A stretch of 63,380 bases of DNA, the filler included, from Octopus bimaculoides (taxonomy: Eukaryota), in NCBI RefSeq assembly GCF_001194135.2. It is 4 parts of 4 records of this genome, joined end to end, with 100 filler letters (N's around TTAATTAATTAA, not from the genome) between each part and the next. Parts side by side here need not be neighbours in the genome. Positions count along the whole stretch, not along the records: positions 37,764 to 63,380 come from NC_068988.1; 3 more parts are not named here. One strand, 5' to 3'. A model generated the notes under the pieces. It searched no databases. It was not told the DNA's origin and saw only the letters and a program-made list of their open reading frames with translations. The stretch's first letter is position 1. Every line of letters starts with the position of its first letter. The position numbers were made by a program, and so were the translations under genes. Positions 39,319 to 51,645 of this stretch are shown piece after piece.

Positions 39319-41707
39319 CTGGTTAAAGAAGTGATATACAAAGAGTGAGGTAGGGACCTGTTGGTCTCTATGGCAGTAGTGGTAGTATTAAGACTGGTGG
39401 TGGTGGTAATAATAGTAGTAGGGATCTGATTGATCTAGTATTTTTTTTTCTTGATCCCTTGGACTCTTAGGACCAGTTATCTGGTTTCCATGGCATAAAA
39501 ATGACTAGGATCACAAAATTCCCACTAAAAAGGACACTGGTCCATTGCAGAGTTCAAGACCAACAATTGTGAGTGGAGGAGGTGGGGGGGAGGGGCAAGT
39601 CAATTGCATTGATTCCAGTATTTGACTGGTTCTTTTATTGACCCTGAAGGGATAAAAAGCAAGGGTACTCTCAGCAGGATTTGAACTCAGTATGCTAAGA
39701 GCAAGAGGAAATGCTGCTGAGCACTTTGTCCAATGTTCCAACTCTGCCAGATAACCACCTTCTAGATCAGTTGTTGCAAAATTAAATTATTATTTTTTGG
39801 TATGACCACCACTGGAGGATCTTTGGATTCTCTTTCAATACATGTTTACTTCTCTTTTTTTAATGGCTTTTTGAAAGGCATGAACATTACAACATCCACA
39901 TTTCTTCAGGCCCTTAAAACACTTTGGGTCTTTTTACTTCGTCTGAAATATGCCATTGTTTGATATGACTAAAAGTCTTGCACTCTTTCGGTTGTGGTGG
40001 TTTTATATTTTGAATCCAAATCTCATGCAGATCAATAAAATAATTATTAACGATATTTGTTGATTGGTTCAATCGATTATAGATTTTTCTCTTTCAAATA
40101 TTGGTTTTGTATTTAGTTAAATACTGAAGAACAACTCTTGGGCTTCTTCAATTTGCTTTTAGTATGGTTCTAGTATCAGTGGTGTTGGTGGTGGCTGTGT
40201 AAGTGGTAGTATTGGCAGTGGTGGTAGTGGTGATGGCTGTAAAGATGTGTTGCAGCCACCAATGTTTAACATTTCTGAGCTTTTTGTTTTTATGTTTGAA
40301 TTACTGTAAATTGGAAAAAGACATGAAATTGTGAAGATTAATCTCCCAGAGAACTCGACAATTGTCTAAGAACTGTTCTAAGGACCGTTCCATTAATTTT
40401 GTCTTCTGTAAACATTTTAATCTCAAGGAGACGGAGAGATGGACTTTGAACTTTAAGCAAACGTAACACCAGGTGGCACTAAGTAGTAAACCTATCAGTG
40501 AGTTCAATAAATATCTCTATGTACCAACGAGTAAGCCTTACTACATGGCTACTCAACCAGCTAGAAATAACAACTAAGTTTCCCTTAAATCTATACTTTC
40601 ACCATCTCTGAAAAAAAAGACAGAATAAAACTAGATGCTTTGGACTGTGTAGCCATGGATGGTCTGAACAGGAGTGTCTCTGATCATAAATCTACTGGAT
40701 CTGGACTGACTTGAAGTTTATCAACAAGTCACCCAATTTCGAGGTATGTAACCTTGTTAAAGGGAGCATAAGATGATGATTTCAATTCCCAGACTGGGCA
40801 GTACATTGTGAGCAAAACACTTAATTTTATGATGCTTCACAGTCCACTTAGCCGTAAAGGGGTTCCAGTGATAACTGGGAAGTTAACCCTGTGATGGGTT
40901 AGCATCCAGTTCAGAGTCAATGTTGTGATCTCAGTCCCTTATATATTATGGGAACTGGTTTAAGCTTTGGCCTTTTGAGTCCTCGGGTCCATTAAAAACC
41001 CAAACCCTATGTCTGAGTGTGACCTCATCATCTTTATTGTACTTGGTCTCATAATCTCAACTTTTGCATTCATACAGTAACCCAGAATAATTTCAGAATA
41101 CTTATGTAGAGGAACATCACTCCATATTCAAATATATCTTTGCTTCAAAATATCGGATCTCTTCAGTTTCACTCACAGATTTTTTTATTATCTTTTTTTT
41201 TTAACTAAACAGTTTAAACTTCGTATATTGGTGTAATTTCTCATGCTGAACACAGTTTACTTTCAGCATTTTTTACAAAATTTCGTATTTTAGAAGTTAT
41301 TTAGTGTTGTCATATTTGGGTAATTTTAACCAATCAGTGACACGTATTCAGTTGAAGAAAGCTGTTTGCAATAGTAATCAAAGAGCAACAACTTCCAGGT
41401 CTCCACTCTGTTCTATTTTATTTTTGTTCACTGCCTGTGTTGCATATTACATTTTTTTTTGCTTTTCGATTGCCTCTTTGTACATTTGCCTGTATTAAGT
41501 TTGTGATTATTTTCACCAATCTGTTGTATTTCATTTTTGTTTACTGCCTGTGTTGCATACGACACGATTTGTTTGTACATTTGCATTTTCACCACAAAGA
41601 GGCGATCGAAAAGAGAAAGAAAATTTGCAACACAGTCAGCAAGCAAAAATAAAAATAAAATGGAAAGCGGACGTTAAATGATGATGATGATGATGATGAT
41701 ATATATG

Positions 41708-41842
41708 AGAGGAAAATCCAAAACCAAGACAACAAGTATCCCAAGTCATTTCAAATTCTCCTTACCCTAATTAAATTACCCTAATTAAATTATTTTAAAA
41801 GATTTGAGATACTTGTTCTGTGTTGGTTTTGATTTTGCCTCT
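41708..41842. mobile_element. Short foldback/MITE-like element with ~40-bp imperfect TIRs
   Basis: agaggaaaatccaaaaccaagacaacaagtatcccaagtc versus the reverse complement of gatttgagatacttgttctgtgttggttttgattttgcctct. Confidence 0.65.
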
Positions 41843-43637
41843 AATATGATATATATTTGCTATAACGGAACCCTAACATGGATCCCTAGATCCAGCCTTA
41901 GCTGTGATCTTGGAGCCTAATGGTCGACCGACTATAGCACTTACCCAGGGTACCTATTCGTTTAGATCACAAGTGAACTGTACCCCTCATAGTCTTTATA
42001 TACTTGTATGTATAATCTAAACACACATTCCCAAAGATTAAAAACATTGCAACAATGAAACCATGTGACCTTACAAACCAGTTCTGCACTTCCCCCTCCC
42101 CACCCCTCACATGCCTTCATGACATTAATTCCTTTCTTTTTTTATTGATTTCTGGTTAAACTATATTGAACTTTTCCTGAATCTCTAAGCTCATCTATTA
42201 ACCTAGGTTCCTTGATTAATTATTACTTAACCTCGTTTAACCTCATTGATTATTTCTATCTACTTAACTCCTCATACTCCAGAATGTTAAATGTCTTTTT
42301 TTTTCCAGGTTGTGACCATTTTCCTCCAATGGTGTCTTACCCTACCATGCCCACCTCTCCTCTTTATTTTCCATCTCTGTTATTTTCATATCGTCATAAG
42401 ATCACCCTGTACTGTTATCTCACCATTATTTAGGATAATCTTGTTTAATATGTTAATCCCTCTTAATCCACCTTTCCTTCTTTTACTTTGGTTATTCTGT
42501 TGAGTTTGAAAAGTTGTAATTCTCTTGATTTTTACTTGTTTCAGTCAATAGACTGGCCATGCTGGGGCACTGCCTTGAAGAATATTTTAGTTGGATGAAC
42601 CGACCCCAGGACTTATTATTTAAGCCTGGTACTTATTCTATCGGTCTCTTTTGCCAAACTGCTAAGTTACAGAGGATGTAAACATACCAACACTAGTTGT
42701 CAAACAGTGGTGGGTGGGTGGGGGTTGACAAACACACACATAATGGGCTTCTTTCAGTTTCCATCTTTCAAATCCACTTAGAAGGCTTTGGTTGACCCAT
42801 GGCTATATTAGAAGAACATGAAGAACTTTCCCCCCCCCCCACTCTCTGTCTCCTCCATTTGTGTTCATCCATTATTTACTTTCTACACATCCAGTTTCTG
42901 GGTTCAATCCCATTGCACAGCATCTTGGATAAGTGCTGGTGATGTTGTTGATGATGATGATGATCATGGTGGTAATGATGGTAGACTAATTAATAACTAA
43001 ATGCCTCACCCCCACCTCTCCTTCTCTCTCACAGAAGTACTTTTAAATGACATTCCAATACGTTGACCCCCCCACCTTCATCTTATCTGATCCACTGAAC
43101 ACTTAGGTACATTGTTGTTGTTGTTATTTTACCCTGGAAGCCATGTTTTAGGTTTGTTCTTGAAATGTCAGAGATGATTCGATACAAGACTGATTAGATG
43201 TGACGCAACATCTCGTCGTTACATAACGTGTGTGTGGAGGGGGGGCTGGTTATAAACAGCGACATAGTTTCTCTCTTGGGTTGTCGTGGAAACTGTTGTC
43301 TCGTTAGAAATATTAATGGCATTGCTGTCATCATTGTCATCATCATCATCATCATGACCACCACCATCATCATCACCATCATCACCACCAACATCATCAT
43401 CATTGTCCTTATCATTGTCATCATCATCACCACCACAACCACCACCATCATCATCGTCATCATCACCACCATCACCATCATTGTCATCGTCATCGTTCTT
43501 TTTAATTATTTCTCGTTCATGAGGGTTATTTATTTATCTTCGCTTTTCTCTCTCTTCCTCTTCACTGAGTTCAACTTTAACCATAGAGAGATCACTTGTT
43601 AATGAGAACTACAACAGGTGAAACAAACACACACATG

Positions 43638-43682
<45 letters not shown>

Positions 43683-43758
43683 CAAGGTCGAACACACAAA
43701 ATGTTACATGGTTATTCACATATGTAGAAATAATTTCTCTCTGCTTCAATCGACCTAC

Positions 43759-43795
43759 TTGAGCAAAAACTGTTTAAACATCATCAATAATTGCA
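43759..43795 (-). CDS. Candidate 37-nt exon (phase 1-2)
   Basis: Acceptor tttctgtttctttcttccag, donor CAA|gtaggt. One open frame: QLLMMFKQFLL. Confidence 0.35.
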
Positions 43796-43857
43796 CTGGA
43801 AGAAAGAAACAGAAATCAGCCAAGTTAAAGATGTAATTAGAGAGAGAGAGAGAGAGG

Positions 43858-43904
<47 letters not shown>

Positions 43905-44390
43905 AATATAAACCTTAATTTGACACTTGTGGTCGATTAGAAAGAAACAAGAAACTCTGGTGGTTGTCAGGTATTTACATATTGACAAGAAAAACAACTA
44001 AACAAAAACGTAATTCCGTCAAGGAATGGTAGACTTCAGAAGTGCTTGCAAATATTTGTCATACTGTTGCAACAATAAGCTGCATACTGCAGTGATTTGC
44101 ACACTGACGAAGGTGCACTTAATACTGACACTGCTGTCTGTATATTTAAGTAGCTGAATATCTTACGATGTCCTATTTTAAAGTTCCTCTTTGCACCTTT
44201 AGAATCTTGGTTTCATGGTATTGATTATTGATAGCACCAAGGCAGCAATTTAGCAGAACTGTTAACACGCTGGGCAAAAGGCTGAGTGGCATTCCATCCG
44301 TTTTAATGTTCTGAGTTCAAATCCAATAGGTTTCCATACAGTTGTTTGTTTACCAAGATTTTTGGTTTACCAGATGTTATAATAAAAGTT

Positions 44391-44730
44391 GTGAAGGCAC
44401 ATGGCTCAGTGGTTAGGGCGTTAGGCTTATGATTGTGAGGTTGTGAGTTTGAATCCCGGACTGGGCTGCATGTTGTGTTCTTGAGCAAGACACTTGATTT
44501 CACGTTGCTCCAGTTAACTCAGCTGTAGAAATGAGTTGCGACGTCACAGGTGCCAAGCTGTATCGGCACCTTTGCCTTTCCTTTGGATAACACTGGTGGC
44601 GTGGAGAGGGGAGGCCGGTATGCATGGGCAACTGCTGGTCTTCCATAAACAACCTTGCCCAGACCTGTGCTGTGGAGGGGAATTTTCTAGGTGCAATCCC
44701 ATGGTCATTCATGACCGAAGGGGTCTTAAC
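44391..44730 (+). mobile_element. tRNA-derived SINE of another family
   Basis: A/B-box head ggcacatggctcagtggttagggcg..gagtttgaatccc and the conserved gtgttcttgagcaagacactt block. Confidence 0.8.
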
Positions 44731-46039
44731 CCTTTACCATTTACCTGAGAATAAAATATTTTAAAATGTTACAACACTTCAAAGCTAAATGTTGAATGAA
44801 ATTAAATTTTTTTTTAGGGAGCCTCAAAAACATAAACTGAACAAATGAAAGAAGCAAATTGAAGCCAAGCGATTCAGGTGGAATAAATCAAGTGTTTCAT
44901 ACTCTTGCGATTTGCTCTAATGACAAATGATCCTAATTATTATATCATTATTGTGTAACGAACAGGTGTGACTGTGGTTAAGAAGCTTGCTTCCCAAGTA
45001 TGTGTTCGCAGGCTCAATTCCTCTGTGCAGCACCTTGGGCAAGCTTCTAGTATGGCCCTGGGGGACAACCAAAACCTTCCCATTGGATTTAGTAGATGGA
45101 AACTGTTAGAAGCCTGTCCAATATATATATCATCATCATCATCATTTAATATCTGTTTTCCATGCAGGCTGGATGCTTTGGCAAGGTTTGGCTAAGTACA
45201 AGACTGCACCAGGCTTCTGTGTCTGTTTTGGCAGGGTTTTTATACTTGGATGCCCTTCCTAACACCAACCACCTTACAGAGTGGACTGAGTGATTTTTAC
45301 ATGGCATATACATATGTATTTGTGCATGTGTGTGTGTCTTTGTTGTCTGTGTTTGTCCCTAAACTGTGCTGTGCTTGACCACTGGTGTTGGTGTGCTTAT
45401 GTCCCCATAACTTAGCAGTTCAGCAAATAGGCCACATACCAGGCAAAAAATTAAAAAGAATTAAGTCTTGGGGCTGATTGATACGACTAAAAACTCTTCA
45501 AAGTGGTGCCCCAGCATGGCCACAGTCTAATGATGGAAACAAGTGAAAAATGTAAAATAAATATGAAGAGAAGAAACATATTCGATTTGGTCCGTTTTCA
45601 ATTATGGTGGGAACAAATTTGGATCCGGCAGGATTTGATCTCAGAAAAGCTATTCATCTGCATTTAAGCCAGCCCTCCACTTATTAATATTGGCTTAACC
45701 TTTTGACACAAGGCCAGCGATTTGAGGGGAGGGGTTGAGTTGATTACACCCCCCCCCTCCCCAACATTCAATTGGTTCATATTTTATTGGCTTCAGAAAG
45801 GATAAAAAGCAAAGTTGACCCTTGGTGGAATTTGAACTCAGAATGACAAGACAGATGGAATGCCGCTCAGTGTCCTAATGATTGTGCCACGTGCCTCTCC
45901 CCCCTCCCCCTTTCAAGCCTCTGATATTCAGAGTGCTCTGAGTAATGCATGGTTTGTAATTAATTATCGATCATTTGTTATAATTGAACAAGTCTTTAAT
46001 TGCTTCGATATGTATATTTGTGTGTGTATGTATACATGC

Positions 46040-46292
46040 ATAAGTGTATGTATGTATGTGCATGTATATGTATATAATAATATGTATGCATGTGTGTGTG
46101 TGTGTATACATATGCATATGTGTGTGTGTGTATATATATGCATATGCATATGTGCGTGTGTGTATATATATATGCATATGTGCGTGTGTGTATATATATA
46201 TATGCATATGTGCGTGTGTGTGTGTATATATGCATATGTGCGTGTGTGTATATATATGCATATGTGCGTGTGTGTATATATGCATATGTGCA

Positions 46293-46310
<18 letters not shown>
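46040..46310. repeat. Higher-order purine-pyrimidine minisatellite (unit about atatgcatatgtgcgtgtgtgtatat)
   Basis: About 8 variable-length tandem units, by direct reading. Confidence 0.85.
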
Positions 46311-46331
<21 letters not shown>

Positions 46332-47855
46332 ATTACATGTGTGCGTTTACATATATATATATATATATGTATGTATATTGCTATTAAATGTATTACGTAT
46401 ACACACTAATTACACATTGATAGAACCGCAACTCACTCAATGTCTCTCTGTAAACATTGTTGTCATGGCAACGGATTGAAATTGAATGAGACAAGCGGTA
46501 ATTAAATGCAAATAATTGCAAATAAAATTGAAAACAAAATAAAATAAATTAAAATAAAATAGAAAGGTAAAATAATAATAATTTTTGTTTTTGTTTGGAG
46601 GGAGTTCAGTGCAGAGTATTGATGAAGTATCAAATTCTGTGGCACAGATAATTAGTTCAGTCTTCGTTTAAATTTGATTTCCTTCCATTGGCAACAAGAA
46701 GCAGCCATGGGTTGTCCCTCGTAAGACGTGTAAAAGGTGTCTGATTGCTCAGTCTTAGCAGGAATATGAACCCATTCGTTTCGCGTAGACCAGCATTTAC
46801 TGGAATTCACAGCAAAGAAGTTGGGCTGTCTTTGTAAAGAAGAAGCACTTTGAAAATTGTTGTGTGTCTTTCCTAGTAATGGAAGAGGATTTGTTACTGC
46901 AGTATATAAATATACATACATGCATACATGAATGCATACATACATACATGTATATATGTATGTGGGTGTGTATATACCAGGGTCGTGTCGCCTAGGTAGG
47001 TAAGGTAGGCAGTGCCTACCTTGAATAAAATATGATCGATAGTAACATTTTCCTTTCATGGCAAAATATCCTAATTCAATAAAATTATGAAGGTTACTCT
47101 GATTACTATGCATAAAATTATTAAAATTATTAAAATTTTAGATTAAAATCTTAGATAAATATTAATATGGTATATGCCTCACAGCATGGTTTTGGACAGG
47201 TTCTCAGTTGACTGAGTTGTAGAGTGGTGGTTCGTCTCTAAATAAGTTATATATATATGTATATATGTACAAAGTGGATGTACATGAAGTATGATCAATT
47301 GATCAATCCTAGAAATAGCAGCTGGTAAGCTATTGGTGCTATGTAGAGCTTTGCTGAATGTCTACAGGAAGAGATGTTTGTGTGCAATAAATATAAGAGA
47401 ATTCTGTCTTGCCTCGACAGAGACTGTTAGAGTAATGAAGGATAATTCAATACTGCAGTCTCAAATTTTTTTGTATATATATATATATATATATATAAAA
47501 TAATAATAATATTAGGGACAAAATCCAAAATTACAGGTAAAAACTCAAAATCAATTTATAAAAAATCAAAATTAAATTGAGCTTTATAGATAAAATATAT
47601 ATAAAATATATATAGTTTTAGGGAAAATAACCAAGTTTCAAGAACTCATCGATGAAAATCCACTATCACATATAGAAAAATTAACAATTAAANNNNNNNN
47701 NNGCAAAGTAAATATCATAAGATAAAGATAATAAAATGATTACATGTGTTTCATAACTAATTTTCAAATAGAAAGGAAATTTAAATCGATTAAAATCAAT
47801 TGAAATTATCGAAAATAAATTCTATTCAAAGATATAGCTAATCCCTAAAACTATG

Positions 47856-47888
<33 letters not shown>

Positions 47889-48399
47889 AGAAATTGATAT
47901 AAACAGCTATACAAACATGCACACGCACACACACACACACACGCACACACACACACAATGTGAATCCAGTGTTAAATTTTTGACTAGCTATATGCCATAA
48001 TCAAGGATATACTATTCGACTATATGAAATAAAATATATATGTATATGTGTGTTTTGTGTGTATACACATATGCACACAATTATATATACTTATATATGT
48101 ATATATATATATGTATCTGTATACATAATCTCTATCTCTCTCTTTTTATGTACACACACACATACACACACACACAAGTAAGCACATAAATACAAAACAA
48201 GATGGAAAAAATAGTACTCAAATACCAAAGGTAGAGTAATGTGATTTTTTATTAATGCTGCAAAAACATCACTAAAGCTGTTACTCAGAGTTTCATGTTT
48301 TCGTTTGTTGGACATTTGGGATCACAATAATAGAAAAGAATTTGGCTGGCTCCTGTCAACTGTCCTACCCATGCCTGAGTGGAAGATGGACGTCAAACG

Positions 48400-48890
48400 A
48401 TGATGACAATGATGATACATATGTACATAATCGTTTGGGCGGTCTGCTGTGCTTGTGAAGACCTGTTGAACCAGTTGTGGCCAATGCCAGTGCCGTCTGA
48501 CTGGCACCCATGTTGGTGGCATGCAAAAAGCGCCATTCATGGAGGCCGAGTGAGATGTAGTCATGGCCAATGCCAGTGTGGTGTAACTGGCCCATTAAAA
48601 GCACCCTTCAATTGGTAAATGATATGCTGTGTCTGTGAAGACCTGTTGGACCAAGTGAAATCATAGTCATGGCTGATGAGTGTTCGGTCAATGGCATCCA
48701 TGCTGGTGGCATGTAAAAAGCAGCCCCTACACTCTCGGAGTGGTTGGTGTTAGGAAGGGCATCCAGCCATAGAAACCTTGACAAATCAGATTGGAACCTG
48801 ATGCAGCCCCTTGGTTTACCAGTTTTCAGCCAAATTGTCCAACCCATACTAACACGGAAAGTGGACATTAATGATGATGATGATGATACA
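48400..48890 (+). mobile_element. Retroposon 3' end with (GAT)n tail, internally repeated
   Basis: gagtggttggtgttaggaagggcatccagcc...ggacattaatgatgatgat. Related copies at 53110-53345 (+), 45130-45300 (-) and 53380-53450 (-). Confidence 0.7.
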
Positions 48891-49443
48891 TACATACTTA
48901 CATATCTTTAACATGTAGGTGGTTAGTATGGTAGCAGATATGGTACAATCACCATGGGGTGGGGCGTGAATAGTCACAGCATGGCCCCTAATCTTGTCTG
49001 ATGACAACCGTTTAGTGAGTATCCACAGACTGCTGGCTGATCATGTGAACAGGGCTTCAGTAATTATCAAAAGGTTTTGTCCTTGGGTTACATTTCTAAA
49101 ATCAGGTTGTGCACGATGTAGTGTCCTTCATGCTGCAAAATATGGCATTTATTTCCCTCTCCTCATGCTTTAGTCGAATGATTTGAAGTTGATCATTTAA
49201 GTCATCAGACTTCAGAATCAATCTAAATTAATTATCGATGTTTTGTTAATCTACTTGCGTACTTTCGAAACTCAAAATGTTGTCCAATTAACGAACAATA
49301 AATACTGAAGCAGTCTCTTGACTGCTTCTTCACTGGTCTTTTGAAGCAACCAAAAGACCAATTAAATTTGTGAGCTTCAAGATAATATAATTTTACTTTA
49401 ATGAAAAGTAGCAAATGTTGTCATGGAAGGTTCATTATGCTAA

Positions 49444-49769
49444 CAATGATAACACACACTGGTTCAATATCACTTCTTTGTGGTTAGTCAATTGATTGAA
49501 TATCTAATCAACTAATTAGCCGATCGTTTGTTTAATGTCTTCGTTTAACAATCAATTGATTGTATTTTTAGTGAAAGTCCTTTCGTTGCTATCCATGACG
49601 ACTTCAGTGACTTGCCTTTTCTCCTCAAGGGTCTGATCAAAGCGAATCTTGAAGGGGGACCACTTTAAACAAACAATTGATTAGTTTGTTGGTTAGATAT
49701 TCAACCAATTGACTAACACTGAAGAAGTGAAACTGAACCAGTTTGTGTGTGTGTTTATTATTATCATTG
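49444..49769. mobile_element. Foldback element with ~90-bp inverted arms
   Basis: 49444-49535 aligns by eye with the reverse complement of 49664-49769; spacer is about 130 bp. Confidence 0.75.
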
Positions 49770-51170
49770 GCATTAATGACCCTCCCAAAACACAAGATTT
49801 ATTTCAACACACAAATTCACACCAAGAATCTTGCAAACCAAATATGTGAATGAAGTAAAAGTAATATCTTCATAGCAATAAAGTAAATGTTGGCTGTATG
49901 GTAAGTGTAACACTTCGCAATCTTGAGGTCCCAGGTTCAATTCTTCTATGTCACATTTTGGGCAGCTGTTATTTCCTGTGGATTCTGGTTGATGCATATC
50001 CTGAGATTGAAAGTGAGTAATTGAAAACTGTAATGAAGCTTTTCGGATGGATTGTTCCTGTAATGCAAAAGATACAGCCTTGTCACTTGTGATATACTGA
50101 TTCTACTTGAGAATTACGTTAAGGGTTCACATGTCTGTGGAATACTCATCCACTTATATACCAGTTCCAGTGATAACAGTCCAACCCATGCCAGCAAGGA
50201 AAGCAGATGCTAAATAATGACGATGATGATGATGATGAATATAATGTGTGTACTAGAGGTGTATAGTATAATATATCATTTGATATCTCCCATAAGATGG
50301 ATGTGGTTTTGATAATATCTTCGTCACAAATAGCAAAACCAGATCAAAACAGGTCCATTATTCATTTAAGATTATTTATGGAAATTCTTTTTATTCCCAT
50401 CTTTTTGGTGGTTTTGGTAAAACGAAAGGTCATGCAGTGCTGCTGACCTTTGCTGGTGACATCAATGGGGAGACGCAGTTGATAGTTATCCTGATTATCC
50501 GTCAGTGGACAATTGCAAGAAAAAAGCATGGCACAAAGGGATTGTCCAAGGATTGACGTCATGGTTAGTGTGGAGGGGGAGGGAGAGAAGGACAATATGG
50601 GTGATGAGAGGAGGAAGAGGAAGTAGAAGAGATGAAGAAAATATAAAACTGTGGAGGGGGAGGTCAAACAGTTCCTTAGAGAGAGATAGAGTGAAAAAGA
50701 GAGGGAGAGATAGATAGATAGATAGATAGAGAGAAGACAACAGTTGGGCCAATCATAAATTGCCAGAAATACAAGTGGGAAGAGATGAACGAAACAGGCA
50801 TCTCAAAACCATTTTACAAAGAAATGGAGAATAGGAAAACAGAAAACAATGAAGAATTTCTGTCAATTTTTAAACAATAAATTCAATGGAAAACTAAGAA
50901 TTGTGCCAAAATAGAAACAAAAGGTTTCACCGGGTCAAAGGTCAGTGGTGGCATCTACTGAAAATGGAACTAAGAACAAGGACAACTTTGGTTGAAGTTG
51001 TTGACCATTTTCTTGGGAACCACAAAACTGAAAACTATTGAGGATTGGTAGATTCTCATGTTGGAACCTTATGAAAGAATAAGGTGTAGGAATTCTCTGA
51101 AATGGTTTCCATTCTCACCTTGCCATCTTTGGTAATGCAAACAACCAACATGGTGAGTGTTTTCACTCAC

Positions 51171-51238
51171 AGAATGCCATTACCATGGCAACTTCAACTG
51201 AAATGTTGTTGGTTCTTGCAGATTCAGAGTTCTTCATC
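51171..51238 (-). CDS. Candidate 68-nt exon
   Basis: Acceptor ctctctcttcttttataatttgcag, donor TCT|gtgagt. Reads G-ATG..MKNSESARTNNISVEVAMVMAF. An alternative donor AAG|gtgaga lies at 51119. Confidence 0.35.
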
Positions 51239-51438
51239 CTGCAAATTATAAAAGAAGAGAGAGCAGACCAAAGTCGCACTTCACAATGGGAATTTGTCTT
51301 TTGGTAGAAAGAATTTAATGTCTACAAGGCTTCAGTGGGTGGTTGGGTTCCAGGTGTGGTACCTCCACCAGTGAGACTCCAGTCTGAACCAGAAGAAAAG
51401 AGAAACGACAATCCTGTCAACATTATTTCGATATTTAA

Positions 51439-51645
51439 AAGTGGTGAATTAACAGAATCGTTTCCAGACCAACTGTTTGGCACCATTTCTTCCAGCTTTT
51501 CAGGGTCAGTTCAAATGCTGCCAGAGACTACATTGCCTTTCATCCTTTCGGGGTTTGATAAAATAAGTACCAGTTGCATACTGGGGTTGATGACATCGAA
51601 TTATCACCTCCCCCCAAATTGCTGGCCTTGTGTCAAAATTCGAAA
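51439..51645 (+). mobile_element. SINE, CpG-decayed
   Basis: Family body tgcctttcatcctttcggggtttgataaaataagtaccag. Confidence 0.75.

Noticed and set aside
11048-44470. tRNA genes
   Set aside because: All A/B-box matches continue into SINE bodies; no complete cloverleaf was seen.
46652-47050. ORF 46652-47113 as a gene or hAT remnant
   Set aside because: It starts in microsatellite and the resemblance to hAT termini is too weak.
48902-49130. Minus-strand exon ending at a gtaagt donor
   Set aside because: All frames are closed from the good acceptor, and the donor derives from a TACA microsatellite edge.
51119-51238. Frame with three in-frame TGA codons (selenoprotein-like)
   Set aside because: There is no SECIS or selenoprotein motif, another frame explains the exon, and three TGAs can arise by chance.
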